A DNA stretch of 64,000 nt, taken from contig JAGVQM010000012.1 in the NCBI GenBank assembly GCA_020051695.1, forward strand, positions 6,361 to 70,360. The letters are read 5' to 3'. Of the stretch, positions 49,836 through 60,300 are shown one piece after another. The notes below the pieces were generated by a model. That model was not told where the DNA came from. It saw only the letters and a program-made list of their open reading frames with translations, and did not search any database. The first letter of the stretch is position 1. Every line of letters starts with the position of its first letter. This DNA comes from Candidatus Zixiibacteriota bacterium (GTDB lineage: Bacteria > Zixibacteria > MSB-5A5 > WJJR01 > JAJRUJ01). Both the position numbers and the translations under genes were made by a program.

Positions 49836-50246
49836 GCGGTTTGAGCCGCGATTCGTTACTGAATGGAATATTAGGATTTGGATAAATTACCTGAGGGAAT
49901 GGTAGAGACACCGGGAAAGCCATCTCTTGGTCTACGGGAGCAGTGCACAATTTTTGTCTTGACATCCCTGTGGGAGACAATTGAATAAAGAAATTACAGG
50001 AAGTGCCGATGACTGAAGTGTGTGAACGGTACTTTTGTAAGCGCGCTGGGGGGCGAGGCGACATCGATTACAGACCCGTTACCTCATGGTTTTAAATGAG
50101 GAGTTGGTCACCGGATTTAACGGGATGATCTCGGCAGGAGATCATCCATCAGCAAGTGAAAAAAATCCCAACTGCGGGGAATTCCGGTTGGGCGACTGAA
50201 TGTTAAAGCGCGGGTTATTGTACAACATTGCTCAAGGAGGAGTAAA

Positions 50247-50423
50247 TTGAACAAAACCGCACTTGAAAACCGCATCCTAGTCTGCGAGGAATGCGGCGAG
50301 GAGTTTGCCTTCACCGTCGCCGCGCAGCAATACTTCCTGGAGAAAGGGTATCTCCAAAGTCCAAAACGATGTAAGTTCTGTCACGGCAAGTACAAACGTG
50401 AGAAAAAACCGGTCCGCGCTTAA
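50247..50423 (+). CDS. small zinc-ribbon protein (58 aa; CxxC-N32-CxxC), TTG start
   Basis: AAGGAGG lies 6 nt upstream of the TTG at 50247. Protein: LNKTALENRILVCEECGEEFAFTVAAQQYFLEKGYLQSPKRCKFCHGKYKREKKPVRA. It matches a widespread CxxCG-F-FT-EQ-F-KG---P-RC--C small zinc-ribbon family. It is not in the ORF track because the start is non-ATG. Confidence 0.55.
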   Translation: MNKTALENRILVCEECGEEFAFTVAAQQYFLEKGYLQSPKRCKFCHGKYKREKKPVRA

Positions 50424-50584
50424 GCCGGCTGCGTGTCGGGAAGCAAGTAGAATCCTCTCATTATTGTCGGCCACGACAACCACTCGACGGTAACTCGGAG
50501 GGGTTGCCGACCCGTCCGACACGGTCAAATCACTCACAGGATCTTCTCAATTGCCGGTTGTTTGCGGCACAGAGTATCGAATAT

Positions 50585-51391
50585 CTAATGTATTGAAAAA
50601 TGTCGCCAGTACCAGTCAATGAGCTCCTGTCCGTAAAAAACTACCAGCAAAGCGGCAAGCACCAAAAATGGACCGAAGGGCAGCATCCGTTCACGGCGAA
50701 ATCGTGCCGAAATCGCCAGCACGACTACTGAAACCAGCAAGCCCAGCACCGCCGAAAAAACAAAGACCAGGAAAATCCGCACCGGCCCGATAAACGCGCC
50801 CATCATCGCCGCCAGTTTGATATCTCCCCCGCCAAGGGCCTCCTTTTTGAACAGCTTACTCCCCAGCCAGCCGACAAGCAGGAAACTCCCCCCGCCGGCA
50901 AAAACACCGAGAACTGAAGATACAAAATCGAGATGATCGCCGACGGCCGCCAGCCCCAGCCCCATGGCGATACCCGGCAAGGTTATTTTGTCGGGAATAA
51001 TTGTAAGCTCAAGATCGATAAAAAATACCGCCACCAGACATGCGCTGAAAAACCAAAAACCGGCAGTCGCCACCGAAATACCATAGCGCCAAAAAAACAC
51101 CAAAAACAATACGGCGGTCAACAGTTCGACCAGCGGATACCGGGGCGAAATGCGCGTCCCACAACCCCGGCAGCGGCCGCGCAGAATAACATACGACAAC
51201 AACGGCACATTTTGGTACCAGCGGATCAGTGTCCCACACCCGGGACAGGATGACCGCGGAGTGACCAGCGACTTGTTCCGGGGCAGCCGGTAGATCACTA
51301 CATTCAGGAAACTGCCCACGGCCAGCCCCAGTGCCGCGACCAGTGCCGTGATGATGGTTCCGGCGCCCGGTATGTCCATGATCCGGTCCAT
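50585..51391 (-). CDS. pilD: type IV prepilin peptidase (A24 family)
   Basis: Zinc-ribbon Cys pairs (CPGCGTLI...CRGCGTRI). Catalytic Asp blocks (FFIDLELTIIPD and GGGDIKLAAMMGAFIG). Polytopic membrane topology. Confidence 0.85.
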   Translation of the reverse strand: MDRIMDIPGAGTIITALVAALGLAVGSFLNVVIYRLPRNKSLVTPRSSCPGCGTLIRWYQNVPLLSYVILRGRCRGCGTRISPRYPLVELLTAVLFLVFFWRYGISVATAGFWFFSACLVAVFFIDLELTIIPDKITLPGIAMGLGLAAVGDHLDFVSSVLGVFAGGGSFLLVGWLGSKLFKKEALGGGDIKLAAMMGAFIGPVRIFLVFVFSAVLGLLVSVVVLAISARFRRERMLPFGPFLVLAALLVVFYGQELIDWYWRHFSIH

Positions 51392-51392
51392 C

Positions 51393-52235
51393 TCAGCTTT
51401 GCACCACAACAGTCGGCCCGGGCCTGCCCGCTGACGGCTTGTGCAGGACCCAGACATGAACGGGAATAATCGGCCGCAGCCATCTCAGTAGCGAACAACT
51501 GAGATGCGACAGCCAGCCGAACCCGCGCAGGACATCGACAGCGGCATAGTCCGCCGGGCGGCGAATGATATCCACGGTGTAATCAAATATCGTGAATTCG
51601 CGGACGAGTTTTTTCAATCGGCGATACGACAATAACGCCACATCATAACGCAAACCCCGGCCGCGCAGTTTAACGTACGCATCAGCCAGCCGTGGCGGAA
51701 GCCATGACAAAAATGGCAATTTGTAATGTCCTTCAATGACCACATGCCGGGTCCCGATGCCGAAATAACATATCCCGCCGGGTCTGAGCACTCGATGGAT
51801 CTCGGCCAGCAGACCCGGCTGGTCATCCACATGCTCATAGACCTGGTTGCAAATCACGATGTCGACTGCGCTATCGGCGACCGGCATGCGGGTGCCGTCA
51901 CCAACCAGAAATTCCATTTTTTGCGCCAGGTCCTGATCGGAAGCGACATACTCCACACCGGCGCGCAACGCCACCTGATCGGTGTCGAACGCCACGACCC
52001 GGCGGCAGACACGGGCCAAAGCCGCGGCCATGATACAAGTCGAGGACCCGACTTCCAACAGTGTCGCCTCCTCGACGGCCACGCCGGGATGACGCCGCAG
52101 GACAGCGATAATTTTGGCGGCTTTCTGCAAACGGCCGGCCGGCTCAAATAGGACGGGAAACCGCTCGGCAAAAGTCCCCAAAGAATCGTTGCACCGGGTG
52201 CGGCCGGGGGCCGGTGAAGAAACGAACGCACTCAC
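51393..52235 (-). CDS. class I SAM-dependent methyltransferase
   Basis: Motif I LEVGSSTC. DIVICNQVYEHV and LRPGGICYF blocks are typical of the Methyltransf_11/23 fold. Overlaps neighbours by 4 nt. Confidence 0.7.
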   Translation of the reverse strand: MSAFVSSPAPGRTRCNDSLGTFAERFPVLFEPAGRLQKAAKIIAVLRRHPGVAVEEATLLEVGSSTCIMAAALARVCRRVVAFDTDQVALRAGVEYVASDQDLAQKMEFLVGDGTRMPVADSAVDIVICNQVYEHVDDQPGLLAEIHRVLRPGGICYFGIGTRHVVIEGHYKLPFLSWLPPRLADAYVKLRGRGLRYDVALLSYRRLKKLVREFTIFDYTVDIIRRPADYAAVDVLRGFGWLSHLSCSLLRWLRPIIPVHVWVLHKPSAGRPGPTVVVQS

Positions 52236-52912
52236 AATTTATGCTCCTGTACCAGCCGGTACATCACCGACAACGCCAATCCCCCGGGCCACAAACGTAC
52301 GGCAAGCTGCCCGAGCGCGCCCATCAACCGCCGGCGCGGCGGGACCAGCGAAATCGGCAGTGTGTCGGTGATAATCAGCCCGGCCTCGGCAATTACCCGC
52401 CGGTGGATCGCGGGAGTAAATGTTGTCCGTGCATACGCACTTTCCTGTGCGGTTTGCCGACGGGTAAATCGCCGGGCGACGTGGTCCTCGCATGGCAGCG
52501 AGATAATCATCTCCCCATCAGCACTCATCGTCTTTTTCAGCTTGTTCAACGCCGCGGCCGGGTCTTTCATGTATTGCAGCGTTTCCAAACAGACAATAAC
52601 CGTAAAACTCCCGGCAAAGTCATCATTTTCCAGATCGATGACCCGGGCGTCAATACCCTGTTCCTGAGTCCACTTAACAGATAACGGAGAGACATCAAGA
52701 CCCAGGACCGTAAAACCACGATCGGCGAAATGTCGTGCGGTATAGCCCCGGCCACAGCCGACATCCAACAGCCCGCCATGAGTATGGTGCATCAATCGGG
52801 CACAATACGCGGTGCGCTGACTGGTCCGGGCATCGGCGGAAACATACTCCCGGGTCTGCCAATACCGGTCAAAAAGCTTTTGTCGCGCGTCCGAGGCGTG
52901 TTCGGTTATCAT
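52232..52912 (-). CDS. class I SAM-dependent methyltransferase
   Basis: Motif I LLDVGCGRGYTARHF, motif II VIVCLETLQYM and a post-II block LKKTMSADGEMIISLP. ATGA overlap with the GT4 gene. Confidence 0.7.
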   Translation of the reverse strand: MITEHASDARQKLFDRYWQTREYVSADARTSQRTAYCARLMHHTHGGLLDVGCGRGYTARHFADRGFTVLGLDVSPLSVKWTQEQGIDARVIDLENDDFAGSFTVIVCLETLQYMKDPAAALNKLKKTMSADGEMIISLPCEDHVARRFTRRQTAQESAYARTTFTPAIHRRVIAEAGLIITDTLPISLVPPRRRLMGALGQLAVRLWPGGLALSVMYRLVQEHKL

Positions 52913-54102
52913 CGTAACTCCGTGCCGGCCGAGATTTCTCTTCCGGGGGCTTTCTCCCGCGCCGGGGGTACACGAACAGGTGTTCCGATTGTGGCAAGAA
53001 ATTTCCGCGCCGCCCGTGCGGGACTCAGTACCTCAAGCATCGCCTCGGACCCGGGCATACTCGTTGTATCCCCGGCCGCATATTGAGCCATACTGCGGGC
53101 CAGGGCCGCGACATCCCCCGGAGCAATCACCTGTCCGACATTAAAACGGCGGATGAATAGCCCCAGATCACCGGTGTCGTACGCCACGACCGGGCAACCG
53201 TTTTGGACGGCCTCGGCAAACACCAACGGCAGACTGTCTGAACGCGAGGGGATTATTGCCGCCCTCGCCCCCCGGTAATACTCGGCCAGCAGCGGAGTGG
53301 GTATCCGGCCCAGGATTTTGATATTAGCCCCGACAATAGTGTCCCCGGCAACGAGTCTCAACCGTTCCAGCTCAGGACCCTCACCGATAAACACCAGGTC
53401 GTACCCCGCGGCCGCCAGCTTTGCCTGCCGATAAGCCGCCACCAGGTCATATATTCCCTTGTCGCGATGCAAGCGCCCGGCATAGAGGAAATAGGGCCGG
53501 TCACCATTCAAACCGTGTTCTGCCGTAAGCGACCTGCTCAATCTCCGGCAACTCGGCAGGAAACGGCATGGTCGATTGGCCAGCCGCCGGGCGGCCCGGG
53601 CCAGGGCGAAACCATCGGCAAAGACCCATTCGGCTTTCCGGAGAATATGCCGGGTGATCTGCCCGAATACCGGACGCCGCGCCCAGCAATTAATATCGGA
53701 GCCGAGGCACCATACCGAATAGGGCACCTGATGTCTCCGGGCGGCACACCGCGCAAACCAGCCGGAGGGCAAGGCCCACAATGCCAGGATATGGTCGATG
53801 GAATAACGCACGACCAAATCATCTGCCGCCCGCTCACCGGCCGAGACAAAACGATGGACCCGCGACCAGGTCCGGGGTGCCAGGAGGTTCCAGGAGCCGA
53901 TCGGTGTCTCATCGGTAGTTGATTCAAATGTAAACCGATGTACGTGATCTGCCTCGCCACCGGAGGGAGTACCGTACTGGGGTGTCGAAATGATGACTCT
54001 GACCCCTAATGCAGTCAACGCCTCGGCAAAATCCGGCACAAACGGCGCGGCAGGATCGTCGCTGTCACGGGGATAACGGTTGGTGACAAGCAGTATATTC
54101 AC
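52909..54102 (-). CDS. glycosyltransferase family 4 (GT-B, GT1 clan)
   Basis: C-terminal sugar-nucleotide-binding domain (FLYAGRLHRDKGIYDLVAAY...IIPSRSDSLPLVFAEAVQNGCPVVAYDTGDL) with the EX7E-like region. The GTG start at 54102 overlaps the TGA of the GT2 gene. Confidence 0.7.
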   Translation of the reverse strand: MNILLVTNRYPRDSDDPAAPFVPDFAEALTALGVRVIISTPQYGTPSGGEADHVHRFTFESTTDETPIGSWNLLAPRTWSRVHRFVSAGERAADDLVVRYSIDHILALWALPSGWFARCAARRHQVPYSVWCLGSDINCWARRPVFGQITRHILRKAEWVFADGFALARAARRLANRPCRFLPSCRRLSRSLTAEHGLNGDRPYFLYAGRLHRDKGIYDLVAAYRQAKLAAAGYDLVFIGEGPELERLRLVAGDTIVGANIKILGRIPTPLLAEYYRGARAAIIPSRSDSLPLVFAEAVQNGCPVVAYDTGDLGLFIRRFNVGQVIAPGDVAALARSMAQYAAGDTTSMPGSEAMLEVLSPARAARKFLATIGTPVRVPPAREKAPGREISAGTELR

Positions 54103-55160
54103 GGCTGTTGACCGGCCTCCGGCCATATGTGCGCATATAATCTGCCGGACTGACGTTCCACTGGCCCTGTCACCTGCGACAACCGCCGGGCAAGTTGTTT
54201 GTTCTCCCGCTGGATACGGAATAATTCGCGATGAATTCGGACCAGTTGGGTGCCCAGGAAACCGAATAACGATATTTGCAACCCGGCGACCAGCAGGATC
54301 ACGACCAATGTCATCAAGGGGCGGTCGGGATTCAAGTTCCCCATCTGCCAGAGGTAAATCAGGTGCCCGCCCCCGATCAACCCCAACGCAAACAGCAACG
54401 CGCCGATAGCGCCAAATAACATGGCGGGACGTTCAAAAAACGAAAAGAGCAGGTGTGAAATGACCGTCGCCTTTAGTAAAAACTTCGATTTACCCTTCTT
54501 GCGGCCGGTCAAAACCGCAGGCATCTCGCACGCCCGAAAGCCCGCCGCGACCGCCTTGGAGACAATCTCGAGATTGATTTCCTTGCCGTCGGATTCCAAA
54601 TCCAGTGAATCCAGCACTTCGCGGCGATAACCGCGCAGAATCCCGGTCACGGTCTTAATTCCCCCCGGCATGGCCACGCCCAACACCCAATTGCCCAGAC
54701 GGGACAACATGAGGCGTCCGGCGGGTACATTTTTCGTCGACCCACCCGGCATGTACGGCGAGCCGACGACAAAATCAACATCCGGCATGGCATCAAGCAT
54801 CTGCACGATCCCGGCCAGGTGGCTCGGATGGTAACTTAAATCAGCGTCGGTGGTCAGAATGAATTTTCCAGAAGCTTCCGCAAAACCCCGCCGTTGGGCG
54901 AAACCCCGGCCCCGATTCGGCCGGTAAAATACCGGCTTGACCCAGGGGTGAAGCAACCGGGCTTCGCGCAGGATTTCCTCGGTGTTATCGGTAGAACCGT
55001 CATTCACCGCAATGACTTCAAATGACCGTCCCAGCGGTTCCAGCGCCCCGGCGATTTGCAGCAGAATGCCCGGCAGGTTGTCGGCCTCGTTGAACATCGG
55101 CACCACCACCGAAATGTCCACCGCAACCGGTTCCCTGGTCGGATGTGGTGTTTTTCCCAT
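54099..55160 (-). CDS. glycosyltransferase family 2, GtrB/DPM1-like polyprenyl-phosphate glycosyltransferase with C-terminal TM helices
   Basis: ISVVVPMFNEADNL...VIAVNDGSTDNTEEIL...ILTTDADLSYHP (DXD), then two C-terminal TM helices. This is typical of bactoprenol-phosphate sugar transferases. Confidence 0.75.
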   Translation of the reverse strand: MGKTPHPTREPVAVDISVVVPMFNEADNLPGILLQIAGALEPLGRSFEVIAVNDGSTDNTEEILREARLLHPWVKPVFYRPNRGRGFAQRRGFAEASGKFILTTDADLSYHPSHLAGIVQMLDAMPDVDFVVGSPYMPGGSTKNVPAGRLMLSRLGNWVLGVAMPGGIKTVTGILRGYRREVLDSLDLESDGKEINLEIVSKAVAAGFRACEMPAVLTGRKKGKSKFLLKATVISHLLFSFFERPAMLFGAIGALLFALGLIGGGHLIYLWQMGNLNPDRPLMTLVVILLVAGLQISLFGFLGTQLVRIHRELFRIQRENKQLARRLSQVTGPVERQSGRLYAHIWPEAGQQP

Positions 55161-55496
55161 GCGGATCCACCCTCTCCAGTCCGGGCCATAATGGAACGCC
55201 CGTTACATCCTATATCGGCCCGTCAGGGTAAACACCGCACTCGGAGGCCGCAGGGCCAAAAACCGCAACGGGGCCGGGTAAGCACTGCGCCGAAAAGGGC
55301 AGCCAATCATCCATTTTCGGATTTTGGCCACGTATACGGTCCGGATCCGGCCCGGGGAATGCCCGACAATCTGCGCCAAAAGCTGAGGAGTATTTTCCCG
55401 GGTGGGATAAAGCCCCCGACTGAACCTCCGATAACTAAAGAGGATAGAAACAGACCGAGAGGCCATGCCTGGATACGGTCTTCGGAGGAACCTGCA

Positions 55497-57311
55497 ATGC
55501 CGGCCCGTAAAATGTCAGACCAGATTAATGTACAAACTGATCGAATCGCGTTGAACAAATTTGACAGTGCGGCCCACGACGGTATGCCCCCTCCGGGTCC
55601 CGGCGGTGACGCCGATGACGTGCTGGCTCAAATGCATCAGGCGCTGGCCAAAATCCCCATTGAAGCATCAACCGGCTCGCGCAGTTCCAAATCGGATTCC
55701 GACAACGCCGATTATGTGACTCTGCTGGAAGTCTCCAAAGCCATTAATTCCACAATGGTCCTCGATGATATTCTGAAAATCGTGATGCATCGGGCCATCG
55801 GGTTATTACGGGCCGAGCGCGGTTTTTTGATGCTACTGGATGACAACGGCGTACTCTCGCCGCGCAGCGCGCACAATATTCACAAGGAATCGTTGACCAA
55901 TGCCGAGGATTTCCGGATCAGCCGGTCGGTGGCCCGCCGTGTGGCGGAGACCGGCGAGGCGGTGTATACGTCCAACGCCCAAAACGACGAACGCTTCGCC
56001 AACAACGAGAGCATTGTGGAATTGAACCTGCGTTCCATTCTGTGCGTTCCGCTTAAAACCAAAAACCGGCTGATCGGCGTGTGTTACCTGGATAACCAGG
56101 TGGCCACCCGGCCGTTTGTCCGTGATGACCTGTATTTGTTTAATCTGCTTGCCGAACAGGCGGCAATCGCTATCGAGAAGGCCAAGCTTTACGATGATTT
56201 GCGGGCGCTGAAAGTGTACAACGAGAGCATCGTGCGGCAGACCCCGGCCGGTATTATTGTGCTCGACCGGGACTTCCGTATTTTGACCTTCAACAGCATG
56301 GCCGAAACCATCTTCCGTGAACCGGATTCGGAATGGACCGGCAGGGAAATTGCCGGCCGCAACAAATCGTTTCTCGAAATCCTTCCGCCCGCCGACCGCC
56401 ACTGGTGGGCGGAGACCCTGCGCCGGGTGCGCGATACGCACCAAGCCCGCTTGAAAGACCCATATTTCCATAACACGTCCTCAAAGGAAAAAGTCCTCTC
56501 CGTCAAAATCAGCATCCTGGACAGCGCCGAGGAGGAAAAGCAGGACCTGATCATCCTGGTCGAGGACATTACCGAAAAATCGATCCTGCAAAAATATGTC
56601 ATCCACTCCGAGAAACTGGTGGCCAAAGCAGAGTCGGCCGGGGCGATCGGCCATGAACTGAACAACTATCTGGCCCTGATTTCGCATCATGCCGAACTGC
56701 TTCCTGTATACATTGAGCGCGGACAGCTCGACCGGCTCACCGGGGCCTGTAAGGGCATTTTGGACCATATCGACAAGATGAAACGCTTCACCGACGGGCT
56801 AATGGACTTTTCGCGGATGGAAACCGAGCTGGTCGAATATGATTTGCGGCTGCTCATCGAGGAACAACTATTCTCCCTGCGGCCGCACCGCAAGTTCGCC
56901 CGGGTGAAATTCGAAACATCCTTTGAGCCGGACCTGCCGCTGATCAAACTTGACGTGGGCCAGATTCAGCAAATACTGTTGAACCTGTTTAACAACGCCA
57001 TCGAAGCGTCCGGTCCAGATGCGGAAAAACGGCCGGAAATCAGCGTCGCTGTGCGGCGGAATAGACAGCGCGGCGCCGTGGACATCATTATAACCGATGG
57101 CGGGATGGGGATGCCCCCGGAGGTCGCCAAAAAAATCTTCGAACCGCATTTTACGACCAAAACCGGCGGCCACGGGCTGGGCTTATACAACTGCAAAAAA
57201 ATTATCGAAAACCACGGGGGACGGATTTTCGTCGAGAGCACACCGGGCATCGGCACCTCGTTTATAATCAGCCTGCCGGTGACCGATAAATACTCCTCTT
57301 TTGACAGTTAA
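55497..57311 (+). CDS. sensor histidine kinase with GAF and PAS domains
   Basis: GGAGG lies 8 nt upstream of the ATG at 55497. GAF domain (LLEVSKAINSTMVLDDIL...). PAS-like region. H-box GHELNNYLALISHH, N-box LLNLFNNAIEAS, G1 ITDGGMGMP and G2 GGHGLGLYNCKKII. Confidence 0.85.
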   Translation: MPARKMSDQINVQTDRIALNKFDSAAHDGMPPPGPGGDADDVLAQMHQALAKIPIEASTGSRSSKSDSDNADYVTLLEVSKAINSTMVLDDILKIVMHRAIGLLRAERGFLMLLDDNGVLSPRSAHNIHKESLTNAEDFRISRSVARRVAETGEAVYTSNAQNDERFANNESIVELNLRSILCVPLKTKNRLIGVCYLDNQVATRPFVRDDLYLFNLLAEQAAIAIEKAKLYDDLRALKVYNESIVRQTPAGIIVLDRDFRILTFNSMAETIFREPDSEWTGREIAGRNKSFLEILPPADRHWWAETLRRVRDTHQARLKDPYFHNTSSKEKVLSVKISILDSAEEEKQDLIILVEDITEKSILQKYVIHSEKLVAKAESAGAIGHELNNYLALISHHAELLPVYIERGQLDRLTGACKGILDHIDKMKRFTDGLMDFSRMETELVEYDLRLLIEEQLFSLRPHRKFARVKFETSFEPDLPLIKLDVGQIQQILLNLFNNAIEASGPDAEKRPEISVAVRRNRQRGAVDIIITDGGMGMPPEVAKKIFEPHFTTKTGGHGLGLYNCKKIIENHGGRIFVESTPGIGTSFIISLPVTDKYSSFDS

Positions 57312-57345
57312 GCGGATTACCACGGCGCCATCGGACGGGGGCGTT

Positions 57346-60300
57346 ATGACCCAGACTGCATCAGGGATGCCGGCGACAATTAACGGATATCAGCTTGCGG
57401 GTACGATCGGGACCGGGGGACAATCCCGGGTATTTTCACTTGTCGATCATGAACCGGGCCGCCCGCTGGCATTGAAGTGGTCGCACGAACGGTTTACGCC
57501 GGCCTGGTCGGACCCTCTGGTTGAGGAATACCGCACACTGTGCTCGTTGACACACCCGCAACTGGTCCAGCCCCGTGATTTCGGCTATGCCGAGGGGCGG
57601 GCGTATATGGTCATCGACCGCGTGGCCGGCCCGACCCTGTTTGATGGCTTGCCCGGGCCGGGCGTGGCGTCACTTTGGACTCTGCTGCAAGCAGTAAGCC
57701 CCGTGTTGTCGTTTTTGCACCGCCGTGGCGTAATCCATCGAGATTTAAAACCGGATAATTTCCGCTGGGGGACCGCCGGGGTCGATCCGAGGGCTGAGAC
57801 AGACACCGCACGGCTGTATTTGTTGGACCTGGGACTGGCTTCCCGTCCCCACGATCCCGCAGGCGAGGGCAAGGCCGGGACGTTGTTTTATATGGCGCCG
57901 GAGGTATTGAAAGAAGGCAAACTCGACGCTCGATCTGATTTATATTCATTAGGCATCATCCTGTATCAATGGTTGTGCGGAACGCCGCCGTTCCCCGGCC
58001 CGGGGCCCGCGGAGATCATCGACGGTCATTTGACCGGGACGATTCACTGGCCCCAGGCAGTTGCCGACGGCATCGAGCGAAAAATCCTGCTGCAGATTGA
58101 GGCCCTTTTGGCCAAGGACCCTGATAAGCGGCCCGCGGACATTGAGACCGCCATTTCAGGTTTCGTCGAGGCCGGGATGCCGGTGGACGGATCAGTCTTG
58201 GTGACGGCCAATTTGCCGTGGCACCAGCGCAGCACCGCAGCGGAATTCCCCGATATCGCGTATCCGAAGGAAACCGTCCCGCATCCGCGCCCGCCGGTTT
58301 CCATCCTGCTGTCCGGCGATCCCGGCGCCGGGATTTCCGCTGTGTTGACCCGCTGGCAGCGAGAATTAAAGGTGCACGGCTGGTCCATTGAAACGACAAC
58401 AACGTCGTTCACCGCAAAGGTACCAGAGGAAATCCAACCGACAATATCGGTCACATCCTCGGTTGGTCCGGGTGAGATTGCATCAGCCGACGAGGCAAAT
58501 CAGCGATCATGTCACCTTGCCCTGCGCCCGCTGGATAACCATACCGTCGCGAAATACCTGCAGCGGGTCATCTTCGATCAGGAATGTGTGGAGACAATAT
58601 TGCCGGCGGCATTGCGGCTTTCGTCCGGCCTGCCCGGCGCACTAGACCTGCTGCTGACCGCCTGGCTGGAATCAGGCACGGTCAGGCATCAACATGGCCG
58701 CTGGATCATCGATGTCGGCCGGTTGGACGAACCAGTGATAAACCGCCCGTTGCGGGAACTATATGGCCGGGGCCTGGGTGAGCTGACTGCCGCACAACTT
58801 CGCTGCCTGGGTTTCGCCGCGATTTTTGGGACACACTTCAGCACAACCCTGCTGCGTGGGGTACTCACTGAGGCCGGTATCCCGCCTGAGACGATCGACG
58901 ATCTCGCGGCGCGCGGTGTGTTTATCCCGGCCTCCGATCCGGCAGAACCGCTCGTCGACTGCCGTTTCCGCCTGTGCGGACTGGCCGAGATTTGGGCGGC
59001 CGATTTGCCGCCGGGCCACTGCCAATCATTACACAGGCCCCTCGCCGCGGCGCTGCACCATGCCGGCAGGGAGTGGGGCCCGCGGGTCCACCGGCGGCTG
59101 ACACACCACCACCTGGCCGCAGGTCAACCACGCGAGGCCTATGCGGCGGCCATCGCTTGGGCAGAAAAAAACATGACCGCCGAAGGGGCCGAGGAAGCGC
59201 GGCGCTATCTGGACCTCGCCGAAACCGCAGTCAGCGACTTCGAACCCGACCCGACGCGCAGCGACTCGGCCGCGCGGATTGCCCTGCTGCGGGGCCGCTC
59301 ATGCAAGGCCTCGGGCCTCCATGAAAACGCCCAGAGTTGCTTTCGGCGGGTGTTCGCCGTCGCGCGGAAAACCGGAAACATTCGCCTGCACGCCGAGGCG
59401 GCCAAACATCTTGGTGATTCGTACAAAGCCACCCGCCAGCACCTCAAAGGCGCGCGGATCTTGAAGATTGCCTTGAAAAATTTTACGCAGCTGGGGGACG
59501 AAATAGAAATCTCCCATACCTTGAACAACCTGGGGAATATCGCTTATTATCGTCAGGACCTGGACCCGGCACTTGAATATTATTTAAAGGCCCTCGCCAT
59601 CCAGCGCCGTCATGACTTGACAGCCGTCATGGCTTCTACACTCAGCAATATCGGTTCGGTATACGTCCAAAAATGTGATTTCGAACAGGGACAGCGGTAT
59701 ATGCAAGAATCCCTGCGGCTGAAAGAAACTCTGGACCAGCCCGGCGAGGTCGCCCGGACGATGAACAACCTCGGTTCCGTGAACACCATTATCGGCGAGT
59801 ATGCGGCCGCGGAAGACTATCTGCATCGGGCCGCGGCGATTAACGAATCAATCGGCGCCGGTGATGAATGGCTGATTAATTGGATCAATATTTTTGAGGC
59901 CTGGTATCTGCAGGCCGAATACCGCCGGGCTATCGACAAAGCGCCGCAGATCTTTCGCCGGTGTGATGAGTTGGATGATGTCACGTATCGCACATTCATC
60001 CATGTCCATTTGGCGCGGTGTCTGTTCAGGACCGGCGACTATCGGGCGTCCCAATACCATCTGGAGCAGGCCGGTACGCGGATGGAACAGATCACCGATT
60101 CATCCCTGATGGCCAGGTATTTCACCCTTCAGGCGGAAATACATTTGGTATTCAGGGACATTGAACGTTGCCGGCGGTCGCTGAGTGCGGCGCTTGCCCA
60201 CGCCGACAAAACCGCAGACCCGCGCGAGCGGGCCGAGGTCTTCCTGGCAGCCGCCCATGCCGAACAGGTGCTCGGCGAAATCTCTCCCGAGTTTTTTGCC

